Origin: Candidatus Kapaibacterium sp.
GTDB taxonomy: Bacteria > Bacteroidota > Ignavibacteria > Kapaibacteriales > UBA2268
Reading direction: 5' to 3'
Assembly: GCA_041675005.1 (NCBI GenBank)
Contig: JBAYUQ010000001.1
Span: forward strand, 66,235-130,234
DNA: 64,000 nucleotides
Shown here: in pieces, positions 51,015 to 60,136 of the stretch
Layout: the number at the start of each line of letters is the position of its first letter
Numbering within the stretch: position 1 is the stretch's first letter
Translations under genes and position numbers: made by a program
Notes under the pieces: generated by a model
What the model was told of the DNA's origin: nothing
The model's input: the letters and a program-made list of their open reading frames with translations, nothing else
Databases searched by the model: none

Positions 51015-53444
51015 ATGAAATACATTTTAATTCTTATAGCTTTAAGTACTAACCTTATAGCACAGCAATTCAATATAACCCCTTTGAGTATTAATTTCAA
51101 TGGGGTTATATCTATTGATGATAATATAGTTATTTATGGTGATAACGGTTATTATTATTTCTCTCAAGATGGAGCAAATAATTGGGAACAAAGACTGTTG
51201 CTTGAGCAAAAGAACATTCGCAAAATACAAGAGAATAATGGCGTACTTTATGGTATTTTGGAAGATGGTTATCTGATCAAATCAACTAACAAAGGGTTAG
51301 ATTGGAGGATAACGAAATTTGAAAATGATACTAGTATGAAATTTGTTACTATGGATGTAAATGATAAAAATGTATATGTCCGAGGCATAGACGAAATTTT
51401 AAAATTTGACTTAGATTTTAACTTAGTTAAAAGATATAAAAATTCAATTCTAAACTATTATGGGCCATCCCTAATCTTCACTTATGATGTGAATTTAATA
51501 AACAAATTCATACAGTATTATAATGGTTATTTAGTTGTTCCTCTACAAAATGAAAATTATCTGATTTTAAACGATGAATTAGAATATATTAAGGAAGTCT
51601 ATCTCATTGATTCTTTAGATGCGATTGATGACCCAGATGCTAGATTGATAGATATGATTGTATATGGTGATGAATTATTAGTCACTCTTGATGGTCCCAT
51701 TAAAAGTGGATTAGACTATTTTATAATAAATGAAACAAATCTACTCGGGAAGTGGGATGAAATAGTTCTTAGTAAAGATAGAAAAAGACTTTTATTTAGT
51801 AGCTTTAAAAATGAACTTTATACTTTAGAATTTAGTGTTGAAACTAATGAAGAAGATGTTGGAAGTACTTGGAGATTTAAGGCAAGTGTTAGTAAATATA
51901 GATTACGAAAATATAATAAAGTTACTAATGATTTTGATTCAATCGGGGAATGGTTTGATTCATTTTTTGTTCTTGGTTTAACTAGAGTTACAGAAAATGG
52001 ATACTCGCCTATTTATACAAATAAACCAAATATAACATCGGATTCAACTGTATTAGTAGTTGGTGATAAAAAAACTATTCTTACCTCACAATATGGTAAA
52101 AACTGGAATTTATTCTCTTATATTGAAGGAACTCCTAGTCAGATATTTAATGATAACGTCTATTTGAATAAAGGTATTTACGCTTCTACGACGAAAGACG
52201 GTGGACTATCAAGCACAAATAGGCGAATAGTAGATACTACTGATTGTCATTATTGCAAATTCACTAATTTTCATCAATCATTTATCAGCCCCAATGGAAA
52301 TGGTTTTCTTTATGGAAGTCCAATTTATGACACTTGGGCTAATATTGGATTTACCAAAGATAGTGGCAATACTTTTGAATTTTCATACAATACTGATTTC
52401 TATTTTAGAACTTTCAAATTTGCAACAAACTTTGCTGAATTAGGAGACGAGTATTGTACAATCCATAATCGAAAAACAACCGCTTCTAACCCTTTGCTTA
52501 GCAGTATGTGGGTTACGTATGCATATTACTTCAATAAAGATGATTTCAGTGATTATAGGATGGAAGTATTAGATACTAACGAATATAGATACTATTACTT
52601 ATTTACTCAAAGTGCGGATTATTATCAACAAGTTAGATATAACTTCGAACAACTTCACCCTAAAGATCAGTTTTTAGAGATAAGGACTACAACTGATGCT
52701 GGTAAGAGTTGGACTTCTTTTCATAAGATTCAGAATTATTCGGAGAATTTTAAGTTTTATGAGCATAACAAAGATAGTTTATTTATTACTAGCTATGGAT
52801 ACACAAGTTATGGGGATTTTGATTATACTAATAGAGTGTATCTTTATGACAGAACGAGAGATGTAGTCGATACCTTATTTAGTGAAGACGAGGTAAATAG
52901 AAAAAATCTGCAACTTGTTTTCTTTGATAATCATTTTTATATAATGGGTGATAGCATACTCAAAGTAGGTAATAAAACTCTAACAGAATGGTCTGATGTA
53001 CAGAATTGGCCAACTCAGAACCCATCATTTGAAGAAGTCTTATCGAATGGAAATGTAATTCTAACTAAATACAAAGATGATACTAGAAAGTCAAAGGATT
53101 TCTATTTAGATAATTATTATAAGATAGTAGCTGATAAAACTACAGATGTCGAAATTACAACTGTTGCGCTTAGAACTTATGAAGCATATCCAAATCCAAC
53201 TACTGGGAAAGTATTTGCTGAGATATATTGGCAATCTGGTTTTGATATATTTGAATCTATCAAAGGTGTTTATGATATATCAGGTAATCTGGTTTCAACA
53301 AGGGAGCAAATCGCATTGACAAAATCCCATAACTATTCTGGATTATTAGAATGGGATAGTAGCTCACATCCGTCCGGGATTTATTTCATTGTAATTAAAC
53401 ATGGGAACAATAAACAATCGATTCCATTTGTGGTGGTTGAATAA
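51015..53444 (+). CDS. Large Asp-box/BNR beta-propeller protein with a T9SS CTD; cassette C, gene 2.
   Basis: SQDGANNWE, STNKGLDWR, TTDAGKSWT, TKDSGNTFE; C-terminal AYPNPTTGKV...GIYFIVIKHGNNKQSIPFVVVE. Confidence 0.8.
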   Translation: MKYILILIALSTNLIAQQFNITPLSINFNGVISIDDNIVIYGDNGYYYFSQDGANNWEQRLLLEQKNIRKIQENNGVLYGILEDGYLIKSTNKGLDWRITKFENDTSMKFVTMDVNDKNVYVRGIDEILKFDLDFNLVKRYKNSILNYYGPSLIFTYDVNLINKFIQYYNGYLVVPLQNENYLILNDELEYIKEVYLIDSLDAIDDPDARLIDMIVYGDELLVTLDGPIKSGLDYFIINETNLLGKWDEIVLSKDRKRLLFSSFKNELYTLEFSVETNEEDVGSTWRFKASVSKYRLRKYNKVTNDFDSIGEWFDSFFVLGLTRVTENGYSPIYTNKPNITSDSTVLVVGDKKTILTSQYGKNWNLFSYIEGTPSQIFNDNVYLNKGIYASTTKDGGLSSTNRRIVDTTDCHYCKFTNFHQSFISPNGNGFLYGSPIYDTWANIGFTKDSGNTFEFSYNTDFYFRTFKFATNFAELGDEYCTIHNRKTTASNPLLSSMWVTYAYYFNKDDFSDYRMEVLDTNEYRYYYLFTQSADYYQQVRYNFEQLHPKDQFLEIRTTTDAGKSWTSFHKIQNYSENFKFYEHNKDSLFITSYGYTSYGDFDYTNRVYLYDRTRDVVDTLFSEDEVNRKNLQLVFFDNHFYIMGDSILKVGNKTLTEWSDVQNWPTQNPSFEEVLSNGNVILTKYKDDTRKSKDFYLDNYYKIVADKTTDVEITTVALRTYEAYPNPTTGKVFAEIYWQSGFDIFESIKGVYDISGNLVSTREQIALTKSHNYSGLLEWDSSSHPSGIYFIVIKHGNNKQSIPFVVVE

Positions 53445-53455
53445 AAATAAATCTA

Positions 53456-53481
53456 AAGGAGCCAACTCGGCTCCTTTTTTC
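53456..53481 (+). terminator. Rho-independent terminator of cassette C.
   Basis: AAAGGAGCCaactCGGCTCCTTTTTT. Confidence 0.75.
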
Positions 53482-53608
53482 TATTTATTCTCCTCTTACA
53501 ATAACTAACTTAATAACAAGTTTATACACCAATCATTATTTGTTTGCAATTGCTTCTTTTTGATAGTAATTTTGCAACTACCTAAAAAGATAATATTTGG
53601 AGATTAAT

Positions 53609-53773
53609 ATGCCATTCGTTCCAGCATCGGACAAAGATAGAGCATATATACTAATAGACGGCAGTCTATTCACTAGCGGAAAATCCGAAGAAGTGGCTGC
53701 TAATCCTGATGTCCTCAAGTTTTACCTCGGTGAGAATTTCCGCTTAGAAAGATACGTCCCGAAAGACCTATAA
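53609..53773 (+). pseudogene. Chimeric 54-codon ORF marking the tandem-duplication junction: gcvPA codons 1-11 fused in frame to the last ~43 codons of lptB.
   Basis: Translation MPFVPASDKDR|[43 protein letters not shown]. The first part matches 57183..., the second matches 49879-50009. The junction lies at the shared GATAGAG microhomology. Confidence 0.85.
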
Positions 53774-53895
53774 TCAACAAGTGAACTTGTTCCCTTGTTC
53801 CAATATTGTCACCCTCCCTATACATTTCTAACTCTAGTTATAACACTGCGATAAAAATGTTAATAAAAAACGCTTGTTTTTAATAAATAATTTGG

Positions 53896-53935
53896 ATTTT
53901 ATTTTATTTTATTTTATTTTATTTTATTTTATTTT
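53896..53935. repeat. (ATTTT)8 pentanucleotide microsatellite in the cassette D upstream region.
   Basis: Eight tandem ATTTT units, versus three at the homologous position 50131-50145. Confidence 0.85.
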
Positions 53936-54068
53936 AAATTTGATACAAATGAAATTAATCAATATTTGTAAACTGTTCTATAAAATGAATTACAAATGAA
54001 TCCATCAAAAAAGCACCACTTAACTGGAGACAAAAAGTGGTTTTCAAATTCTAGTAGATATAAAAAAA

Positions 54069-54193
54069 GTCAGAAAAAACGAAAGTCGTTTTTCCTGACC
54101 TGTAGTTGTCAAACTAATTCTTGCCGAACACATTTGACAGTTACAAATATAGCAATAATTATTTATTATTAACATATTTTGTGGAGTTAAAAA
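54069..54193 (+). promoter_or_regulatory. Conserved leader/promoter element, copy D.
   Basis: Near-identical to 50279-50401, including the GTCAGAAAAAACG/CGTTTTTCCTGAC hairpin (54069-54099). Confidence 0.6.
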
Positions 54194-54838
54194 ATGAAAG
54201 CAACAATTAACAATTTGATTTTTTTAAGTATAACAATATTCGTTGCCAAAAGCATTAATATTGAAGCCAAACCTATTTGTACCAAACCATGGGTAAATAT
54301 CGTAGATACAGTTACAGTTGACGGATGTGATTATGAAATAGATTTATGTGTATACTGTGCATTCGCTTATCCAGGGAAAGTTAAAATTAATTATTATAGA
54401 AATATTAGTGGATGTACACCTACCATACCACCTAATCAAATAACAAATCAAATTATATCTCAAATCTCAACGTATGCCTATTTTTGGTTTGATTATTGTC
54501 AATTCAATTTACCCCCGTGTTCAGGTTCACTGCGTAAAAAAATAGAATGGGATATTTATATATGTTGGAAGGCTAAATTAGTAATTAAAGGTGCGACCCC
54601 ACATGATGATGTCTACCTCCATTTACCTTGTGAAGATAATGATACCTTCTGTCGTGTTACTTATTCTTATTGTGTAGATGAGTTTGCCGTTGTTCATCAT
54701 AATGTTTCTGGATACTTAGGCTATAATTTTGATCCTTCATGTACACTGGAAGGTTCAGCAGTATTCCCTTTACCACCATCCGCTATGGTTGGAGATGAGA
54801 CAGCATGTTACGTTTTACACACGGTATGTAACCCATAG
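54194..54838 (+). CDS. Small Cys-rich secreted protein (no CTD); cassette D, gene 1.
   Basis: Signal peptide; 20 Cys; CVYCAFAYPGKVKINYYRNISGC matches the CxxC-x3-I-x-Y-x-YR-N module of the 112 and 43036 proteins. Confidence 0.7.
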   Translation: MKATINNLIFLSITIFVAKSINIEAKPICTKPWVNIVDTVTVDGCDYEIDLCVYCAFAYPGKVKINYYRNISGCTPTIPPNQITNQIISQISTYAYFWFDYCQFNLPPCSGSLRKKIEWDIYICWKAKLVIKGATPHDDVYLHLPCEDNDTFCRVTYSYCVDEFAVVHHNVSGYLGYNFDPSCTLEGSAVFPLPPSAMVGDETACYVLHTVCNP

Positions 54839-54844
54839 AATAAT

Positions 54845-57001
54845 ATGTATAAATTTCTTATAGTATTAATTTTCATAATCCCTTTTGCATCAAATGCCAA
54901 TATTTGGACTAAGGCGGATGGGCCATTTGGTTATGCTATGTCGTACAATATTTTCAATTATGATAATAATCTATATTCATCTAGTCAATCTAATGGTTTA
55001 TCAGTATATAAATTAGATAATAAAGAATGGACACGATTAGATACTGGTTTCTTTTCTGGCAAAGGATTAATACATTATTTTGATCAAAAAGAAAACGTAG
55101 TACTTACTTCTACTGATTCAGGTATTTATTTGTCCTATAATTATGGAAAGGACTGGAAGCATTTTGATACATTAGGTGGTTTTGATAGATTTCATTTTGT
55201 CACCATTGTTGACGAAACAATATTTTTACAATCCAACCAATTCAGAAGTTTGTATAAACTTGAAAAGGGTTCTGAGACTTTAGAAAAAATATATGCTAAT
55301 GAACAAAAAACAGACTCTATATTTGCTGATGTTATTATAACGAATGATAACTATATTTTTGCTGCTGACCCTGTTAAACATTATGATGTTCAAGATAAAG
55401 AAGGGACATTATATATATCAAGTGACAAAGGAGAAAGTTGGAAACTATCTGAAACAATGAATAAAAAAATCAAGAATTTATTATTTCATGAGGATATATT
55501 ATTAGCCTTTACTGAAGAAGATGGATTATTTAGGTCAACCGACTACGGAAAAAGTTGGACTACTGATACAAATTTAGTAATTAAATCAAATAAAGTAGCT
55601 TCCTATAAGAATTTGATTTTTTCATGTGAGAACGAAATACAAATTTCTACTGATAACGGAATCAGTTGGAAAGTTCAAAACAATGGTTTAAAGTCAATTG
55701 CTTGTAGGGATATTCGTATAGTAAATGATACATTATATTACTTTACAAATCAAAGAATAATATATTATTTCGATTATGAAAATAAATTGTGGATAAGAAA
55801 TACTCCAATTACTGATGACGTGTCTCAAGAGTTTATTTCAGCAGAAAATGATACTCTATTCACAACAGGATCATATACGATAAACTATTCGATTGATAAT
55901 GGATTAACTTGGAGTATATATAGTGATAGTTTGTATTACAATTTTACAAACATTGGAAGAATATATAAGCAAGATAGTGTAATATTTGCCTTAAATCGCC
56001 TTAATTCTTTACTCTTAATCTCGATTGATTATGGACAATCTTGGAGATTTGAAACTTTAGGAAAATCTGAAAATCAACCTTGGATAGGCGATGTATTGCT
56101 AATGGACAATCGAATACTCCTCTTTACAAAGTTTGGTAATTTTTATTCTGAAGATGTTGGTTTAAATTGGGTTGAGTATGAAGGGGAAGTACTAGATAAG
56201 GATGTGAAAGTAAGAAGATATTATAGACTAAGTAATTCCAAAATAATTGTTTATAGTGAGGTAGGGCTTTATCTAACCTATAATAATGGATTAACTTGGG
56301 TCTATGAAAAAGCTGACGAAGAAGTAATGACCCACTACTATACTTACAGAGAAGATAATAATTTATATACAATGGACTTTCTTGAATTTGATCAAATATA
56401 TAAATCTACTAACTTAGGACGTACTTGGGTTGATTTAGAAATAAATATAGAATCTGGTTTAAGGTGGGCTAGTATAATACCATATAATGGTAATTTAATA
56501 TTGTTAACTAGTACTGGAGTTTTTGTTTCTGATAATGAAGGAAAAGAATGGACAAAATATGAGATTAATTTATTTACTCCTGACCAAAAGGAACTTTATT
56601 TCTATAGTGGGTTAATTGTTGATGAGTGTTTAGTATTAACCTCTGCTTATGGTAATTGGCGAGCGAAACTCTCCGATCTTGGAGTTGAAGTAAAGTCTTC
56701 CGTCGAATCAGAAATAGAGCGAAACTATCTATATACTTATCCACCATACCCTAACCCAGCAAAATCAGAGGTAAAGGTTCTGTTTTATTGGGATATAAAC
56801 TTACCAATGACGACAGACGACATTAGCATATATGATATAACTGGTAAGAAAATAGATGCGATTGATAAGATTAGCTTAGTTAAGCAAGAGAGTCATTATG
56901 GCAACCTAATCTGGGATTGCTCTACAGCTCAGCCGGGTATATACCTAATCAACATAAAACATGGCACAGAAGAGAAAACCGTGAAAGTGGTGGTGGAGTA
57001 G
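54845..57001 (+). CDS. Asp-box/BNR beta-propeller protein with a T9SS CTD; cassette D, gene 2.
   Basis: Ten Asp-box-like repeats (SYNYGKDWK, SSDKGESWK, STDYGKSWT, STDNGISWK, SIDNGLTWS, SIDYGQSWR, SEDVGLNWV, TYNNGLTWV, STNLGRTWV, SDNEGKEWT); C-terminal YPPYPNPAKSEV...GIYLINIKHGTEEKTVKVVVE. Confidence 0.8.
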   Translation: MYKFLIVLIFIIPFASNANIWTKADGPFGYAMSYNIFNYDNNLYSSSQSNGLSVYKLDNKEWTRLDTGFFSGKGLIHYFDQKENVVLTSTDSGIYLSYNYGKDWKHFDTLGGFDRFHFVTIVDETIFLQSNQFRSLYKLEKGSETLEKIYANEQKTDSIFADVIITNDNYIFAADPVKHYDVQDKEGTLYISSDKGESWKLSETMNKKIKNLLFHEDILLAFTEEDGLFRSTDYGKSWTTDTNLVIKSNKVASYKNLIFSCENEIQISTDNGISWKVQNNGLKSIACRDIRIVNDTLYYFTNQRIIYYFDYENKLWIRNTPITDDVSQEFISAENDTLFTTGSYTINYSIDNGLTWSIYSDSLYYNFTNIGRIYKQDSVIFALNRLNSLLLISIDYGQSWRFETLGKSENQPWIGDVLLMDNRILLFTKFGNFYSEDVGLNWVEYEGEVLDKDVKVRRYYRLSNSKIIVYSEVGLYLTYNNGLTWVYEKADEEVMTHYYTYREDNNLYTMDFLEFDQIYKSTNLGRTWVDLEINIESGLRWASIIPYNGNLILLTSTGVFVSDNEGKEWTKYEINLFTPDQKELYFYSGLIVDECLVLTSAYGNWRAKLSDLGVEVKSSVESEIERNYLYTYPPYPNPAKSEVKVLFYWDINLPMTTDDISIYDITGKKIDAIDKISLVKQESHYGNLIWDCSTAQPGIYLINIKHGTEEKTVKVVVE

Positions 57002-57027
57002 GAATTCCCAATCACAAAGTAAAAACA

Positions 57028-57054
57028 AAAGGAGCCAACTTGGCTCCTTTTTTC
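57028..57054 (+). terminator. Rho-independent terminator of cassette D.
   Basis: AAAAGGAGCCaactTGGCTCCTTTTTT; one-base difference from the cassette C terminator. Confidence 0.75.
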
Positions 57055-57182
57055 TATTTATACCCATCTTACAATAACTAACTTAATAACAAGTTTATAC
57101 ACCAATCATTATTTGTTTGCAATTACATCTTTTTGATAGTAATTTTGCAACTACCTAAAAAGATAATATTTGGAGATTAAAA

Positions 57183-58520
57183 ATGCCTTTCGTTCCAGCA
57201 TCGGACAAAGATAGAGAATATATGCTAAGTAAAATTGGCGTACAAAATTTTGAACAATTAATAGAAAACATCCCATCTGAAGTACGTTACAGAGGTGGTA
57301 TGGATTTCCCAGAGCAGCTTTCGGAGTACGAAGTAACTCGTCTTATGCTCTCTTATTCTAATATGAATAACTCTGCTTCTTCGCATATCTGCTTTATGGG
57401 CGGTGGTGCTTATGAAAGATATATCCCTTCTATCGTAGGTGATACTATCAACAGAGCTGAGTTTCGTACAGCATATACGCCTTACCAAGCAGAAGTATCG
57501 CAAGGTACTTTGCAGGCTATGTATGAGTTCCAAACTATGATTTGTGAGCTATATGGTATGGATGTTGCCAATGCTTCTATGTATGATGGTGGTACTGCAC
57601 TTGCAGAGGCAGTTCTTATGTCAACAGCAATCAACCGTAAAACAGAATTTGTTTATGTTGGTACTATCAACCCTAACTACAAAGATGTAGTAAAAACAAT
57701 CACACAAGGTAGAAAGTTCACTTATCTAGATGCAGTTGCTGCAGATGGAACTACTGATTTCGAAAAGTTGAAATCGTTACTAAGTGATAAAACTTCTGCT
57801 GTAGTAGTTCAACAACCTAATTTCTTGGGTTCAATTGAAGATGTACGTGAAATAGAGAAATTAGCACATGCTAATGGAAGTTTATTTATAGTTGCTGCCG
57901 ATCCATTCTCAGTTGGTGTATTAGAAGCACCGGGTAACTACAATGCAGATATAGTTATCGCTGAAGGGCAACCTTTAGGTATCCCACTTAGTTATGGTGG
58001 TCCTTACCTAGGTATATTCGCTTGTAAACAAGAATTTGTACGTAAGATTCCTGGACGTTTAGCAGGTGTTACTTCTGATTTAGATGGTAAACGTGGTTTT
58101 GTATTAACTTTACAAACTCGTGAACAGCAAATCAAACGTGAGAAAGCTACATCTAATATCTGTACTAACCAAGGTCTTTTCATGTTAGCGGCCACTGTTT
58201 ATTTGGAAACAATGGGAAAAGCTGGTGTGAAGGAAGTTGCTGAGCAATCATTCCATAAAGCACATTACCTAGCTGAGAGAATTACGGAATTAGATGGTTA
58301 CGAATTATTCAACGATAAGCCATTCGTATTCGAATTTGCTGTTAATGTACCCGGAGATATAGAAGTTCTATTAGATCAAGCAAATGAAGCAGGTTTCTTA
58401 GCTGGTATAAATGTTTCTAAACATGTAAATAGTCCTAACACACTACTTATAACAGTTACTGAAACTAGAACTAAAAAAGAAATGGATGATTTCGTTGATT
58501 TCTTGAAGCAATTCAAATAA
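57183..58520 (+). CDS. gcvPA: Glycine dehydrogenase (decarboxylating) subunit 1 (split P-protein, N-terminal half).
   Basis: 445 aa; ...TAYTPYQAEVSQGTLQAMYEFQTMI... conserved glycine cleavage P-protein region; no gcvPB adjacent. Confidence 0.85.
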   Translation: MPFVPASDKDREYMLSKIGVQNFEQLIENIPSEVRYRGGMDFPEQLSEYEVTRLMLSYSNMNNSASSHICFMGGGAYERYIPSIVGDTINRAEFRTAYTPYQAEVSQGTLQAMYEFQTMICELYGMDVANASMYDGGTALAEAVLMSTAINRKTEFVYVGTINPNYKDVVKTITQGRKFTYLDAVAADGTTDFEKLKSLLSDKTSAVVVQQPNFLGSIEDVREIEKLAHANGSLFIVAADPFSVGVLEAPGNYNADIVIAEGQPLGIPLSYGGPYLGIFACKQEFVRKIPGRLAGVTSDLDGKRGFVLTLQTREQQIKREKATSNICTNQGLFMLAATVYLETMGKAGVKEVAEQSFHKAHYLAERITELDGYELFNDKPFVFEFAVNVPGDIEVLLDQANEAGFLAGINVSKHVNSPNTLLITVTETRTKKEMDDFVDFLKQFK

Positions 58521-58534
58521 AAATAACGAAATAA

Positions 58535-58870
58535 ATGACTGAAGATAACAAACAGAAATTACACGAAAACCCCGTCAAAAGACATCTTGTCGTAGGCGGG
58601 GTTATTTTATTTGTAATTCTGATATTCTATCTTTTCACAGATTATGGAGCTATTAACAAATACTCCTACATTACTAAAGAAAGTGACCTATCTGAGAAAG
58701 CTGAAAAACTCCGTTCTGAAATTGATTCACTGAAAAAATTAGAAGTACAGATGAAAAAAGATACTTTAGAAATAGAGCGTCTTGCCCGTGAAAAATACGG
58801 TATGATCAAACCCAGAGAAAAAGTTATATTCATCAAGAAAAAGAAGAATGATGAAGAATCTGGGGATTGA
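58535..58870 (+). CDS. ftsB: Septum formation initiator (FtsB/DivIC family).
   Basis: Single N-terminal TM followed by a coiled coil ending ...EKYGMIKPREKVIFIKK. Confidence 0.65.
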   Translation: MTEDNKQKLHENPVKRHLVVGGVILFVILIFYLFTDYGAINKYSYITKESDLSEKAEKLRSEIDSLKKLEVQMKKDTLEIERLAREKYGMIKPREKVIFIKKKKNDEESGD

Positions 58871-59759
58871 TATAGGTGGCTCATTTATCAAATTCGGCAT
58901 AGCTGAAGATAATAGTCTCATCCACAATACTGAAATCCAAAATAATGCTAATAGCTTATCGGAATTCGAATCTAAAGTAAAGACTACAATCAATGACCTG
59001 ACAAATAGATTTTCTCCTGAATCGATTGGTATAGGATTCCCAGGAACAATAAACTCAGCAGGTATCGTTATTTCAGCTCCTAATATGACTTATTGGGAAG
59101 GTAACAATATAATTGAAATCTTCGGAAAGTTATCTGATTTACCTCTTTATTACCAGAATGATGCCTATCTAGCCGGCTACGCAGAAGCTAAGCTCAATGA
59201 ACTAGGTGAATACTACTTCGTTACCTTAGGTACCGGAATAGGCAGTGTATTGATTAAAGATAAATCATTGGTTACCTCTACTAGTGGTAGTTCAGGTGAG
59301 TTAGGGCATATAATCATCAACTACCAAGCAAAGGGAGATGATTATCGAACAGGCATATTCGAGAACTATTTTAATGCAAATGAATTCGTAGTAAAAGCCA
59401 AGTCAGATTTAAAAAATTTCCCTAACTCAATGCTTCGTTCTCTGGACTCATTTTCTGTAAGAGAAATATCGGATGCAGTGAATATTGGCGATGATCTTGC
59501 AATTATAAATTTTATGGAAATGGGTAAATTATTAGGAATTGGGCTAAGCTCTGCTGCTAATTTAACTGGAATTCCTATATTTGTGATTGGTGGAGGTATT
59601 AGTCAAGTAAATAATCTTCTTTTCGATACGGCAATGAGCGAAATGAAGAAACGAGTAATTCCCGAGTTAAAAGACAAAGTAAGTATAATTAAATCAAAAT
59701 TGCAAAATGAAGCAGGCATATTAGGTGCGGCTTTATTCGCAAAGGAAAATATGAAATGA
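58848..59759 (+). CDS. ROK-family sugar kinase (glucokinase-like).
   Basis: N-terminal [14 protein letters not shown] ATPase motif; ROK glycine-rich segments. Confidence 0.75.
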   Translation: MMKNLGIDIGGSFIKFGIAEDNSLIHNTEIQNNANSLSEFESKVKTTINDLTNRFSPESIGIGFPGTINSAGIVISAPNMTYWEGNNIIEIFGKLSDLPLYYQNDAYLAGYAEAKLNELGEYYFVTLGTGIGSVLIKDKSLVTSTSGSSGELGHIIINYQAKGDDYRTGIFENYFNANEFVVKAKSDLKNFPNSMLRSLDSFSVREISDAVNIGDDLAIINFMEMGKLLGIGLSSAANLTGIPIFVIGGGISQVNNLLFDTAMSEMKKRVIPELKDKVSIIKSKLQNEAGILGAALFAKENMK

Positions 59760-60136
59760 CAAAAGAAATAATAGAAACACCGCATGCTCCAGCTCCAGTA
59801 GGACCATATTCGCAAGCTGTAAAAGCTTCAGGTTCTATGTTGTTTATATCTGGACAGATTCCATTCGATACTAAAGGAAATATGGTAGGTGAGACTGTAG
59901 CCGAGCAAACTCAAAAAGTAATAGAGAATATAAAAGCTATTCTTGCATCACAAGGATTAAGTCTAAATAATGTAGTCAAAACTACAGTACTGATGACTGA
60001 CCTAGGCAAATTCGGGGAGATGAATGAGACTTATAATACTTATTTCCACGAATCAAAGCCAGCAAGAGCTACATTTGAAGTCAGCCGATTACCAAAAGAT
60101 GTTCAAATTGAAATAGAAGCTATCGCAGTATGTTAA
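59756..60136 (+). CDS. ridA: RidA/YjgF-family reactive-intermediate deaminase.
   Basis: 126 aa; ...[12 protein letters not shown].....LFISGQIP...; C-terminal ...RATFEV..LP....EIE. Confidence 0.85.
   Translation: MTKEIIETPHAPAPVGPYSQAVKASGSMLFISGQIPFDTKGNMVGETVAEQTQKVIENIKAILASQGLSLNNVVKTTVLMTDLGKFGEMNETYNTYFHESKPARATFEVSRLPKDVQIEIEAIAVC

Noticed and set aside
53609-53773. The 54-codon ORF as a genuine small gene.
   Set aside because: Its two halves are copies of the gcvPA 5' end and the lptB 3' end; it is a recombination scar (it could still be transcribed from the copied gcvPA promoter).
53881-53945. Possible CRISPR array or minisatellite at the (ATTTT)8 tract.
   Set aside because: The unit is only 5 nt with no spacers, which makes it a simple sequence repeat and not a CRISPR array. 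It is reported as a potential phase-variation SSR instead.
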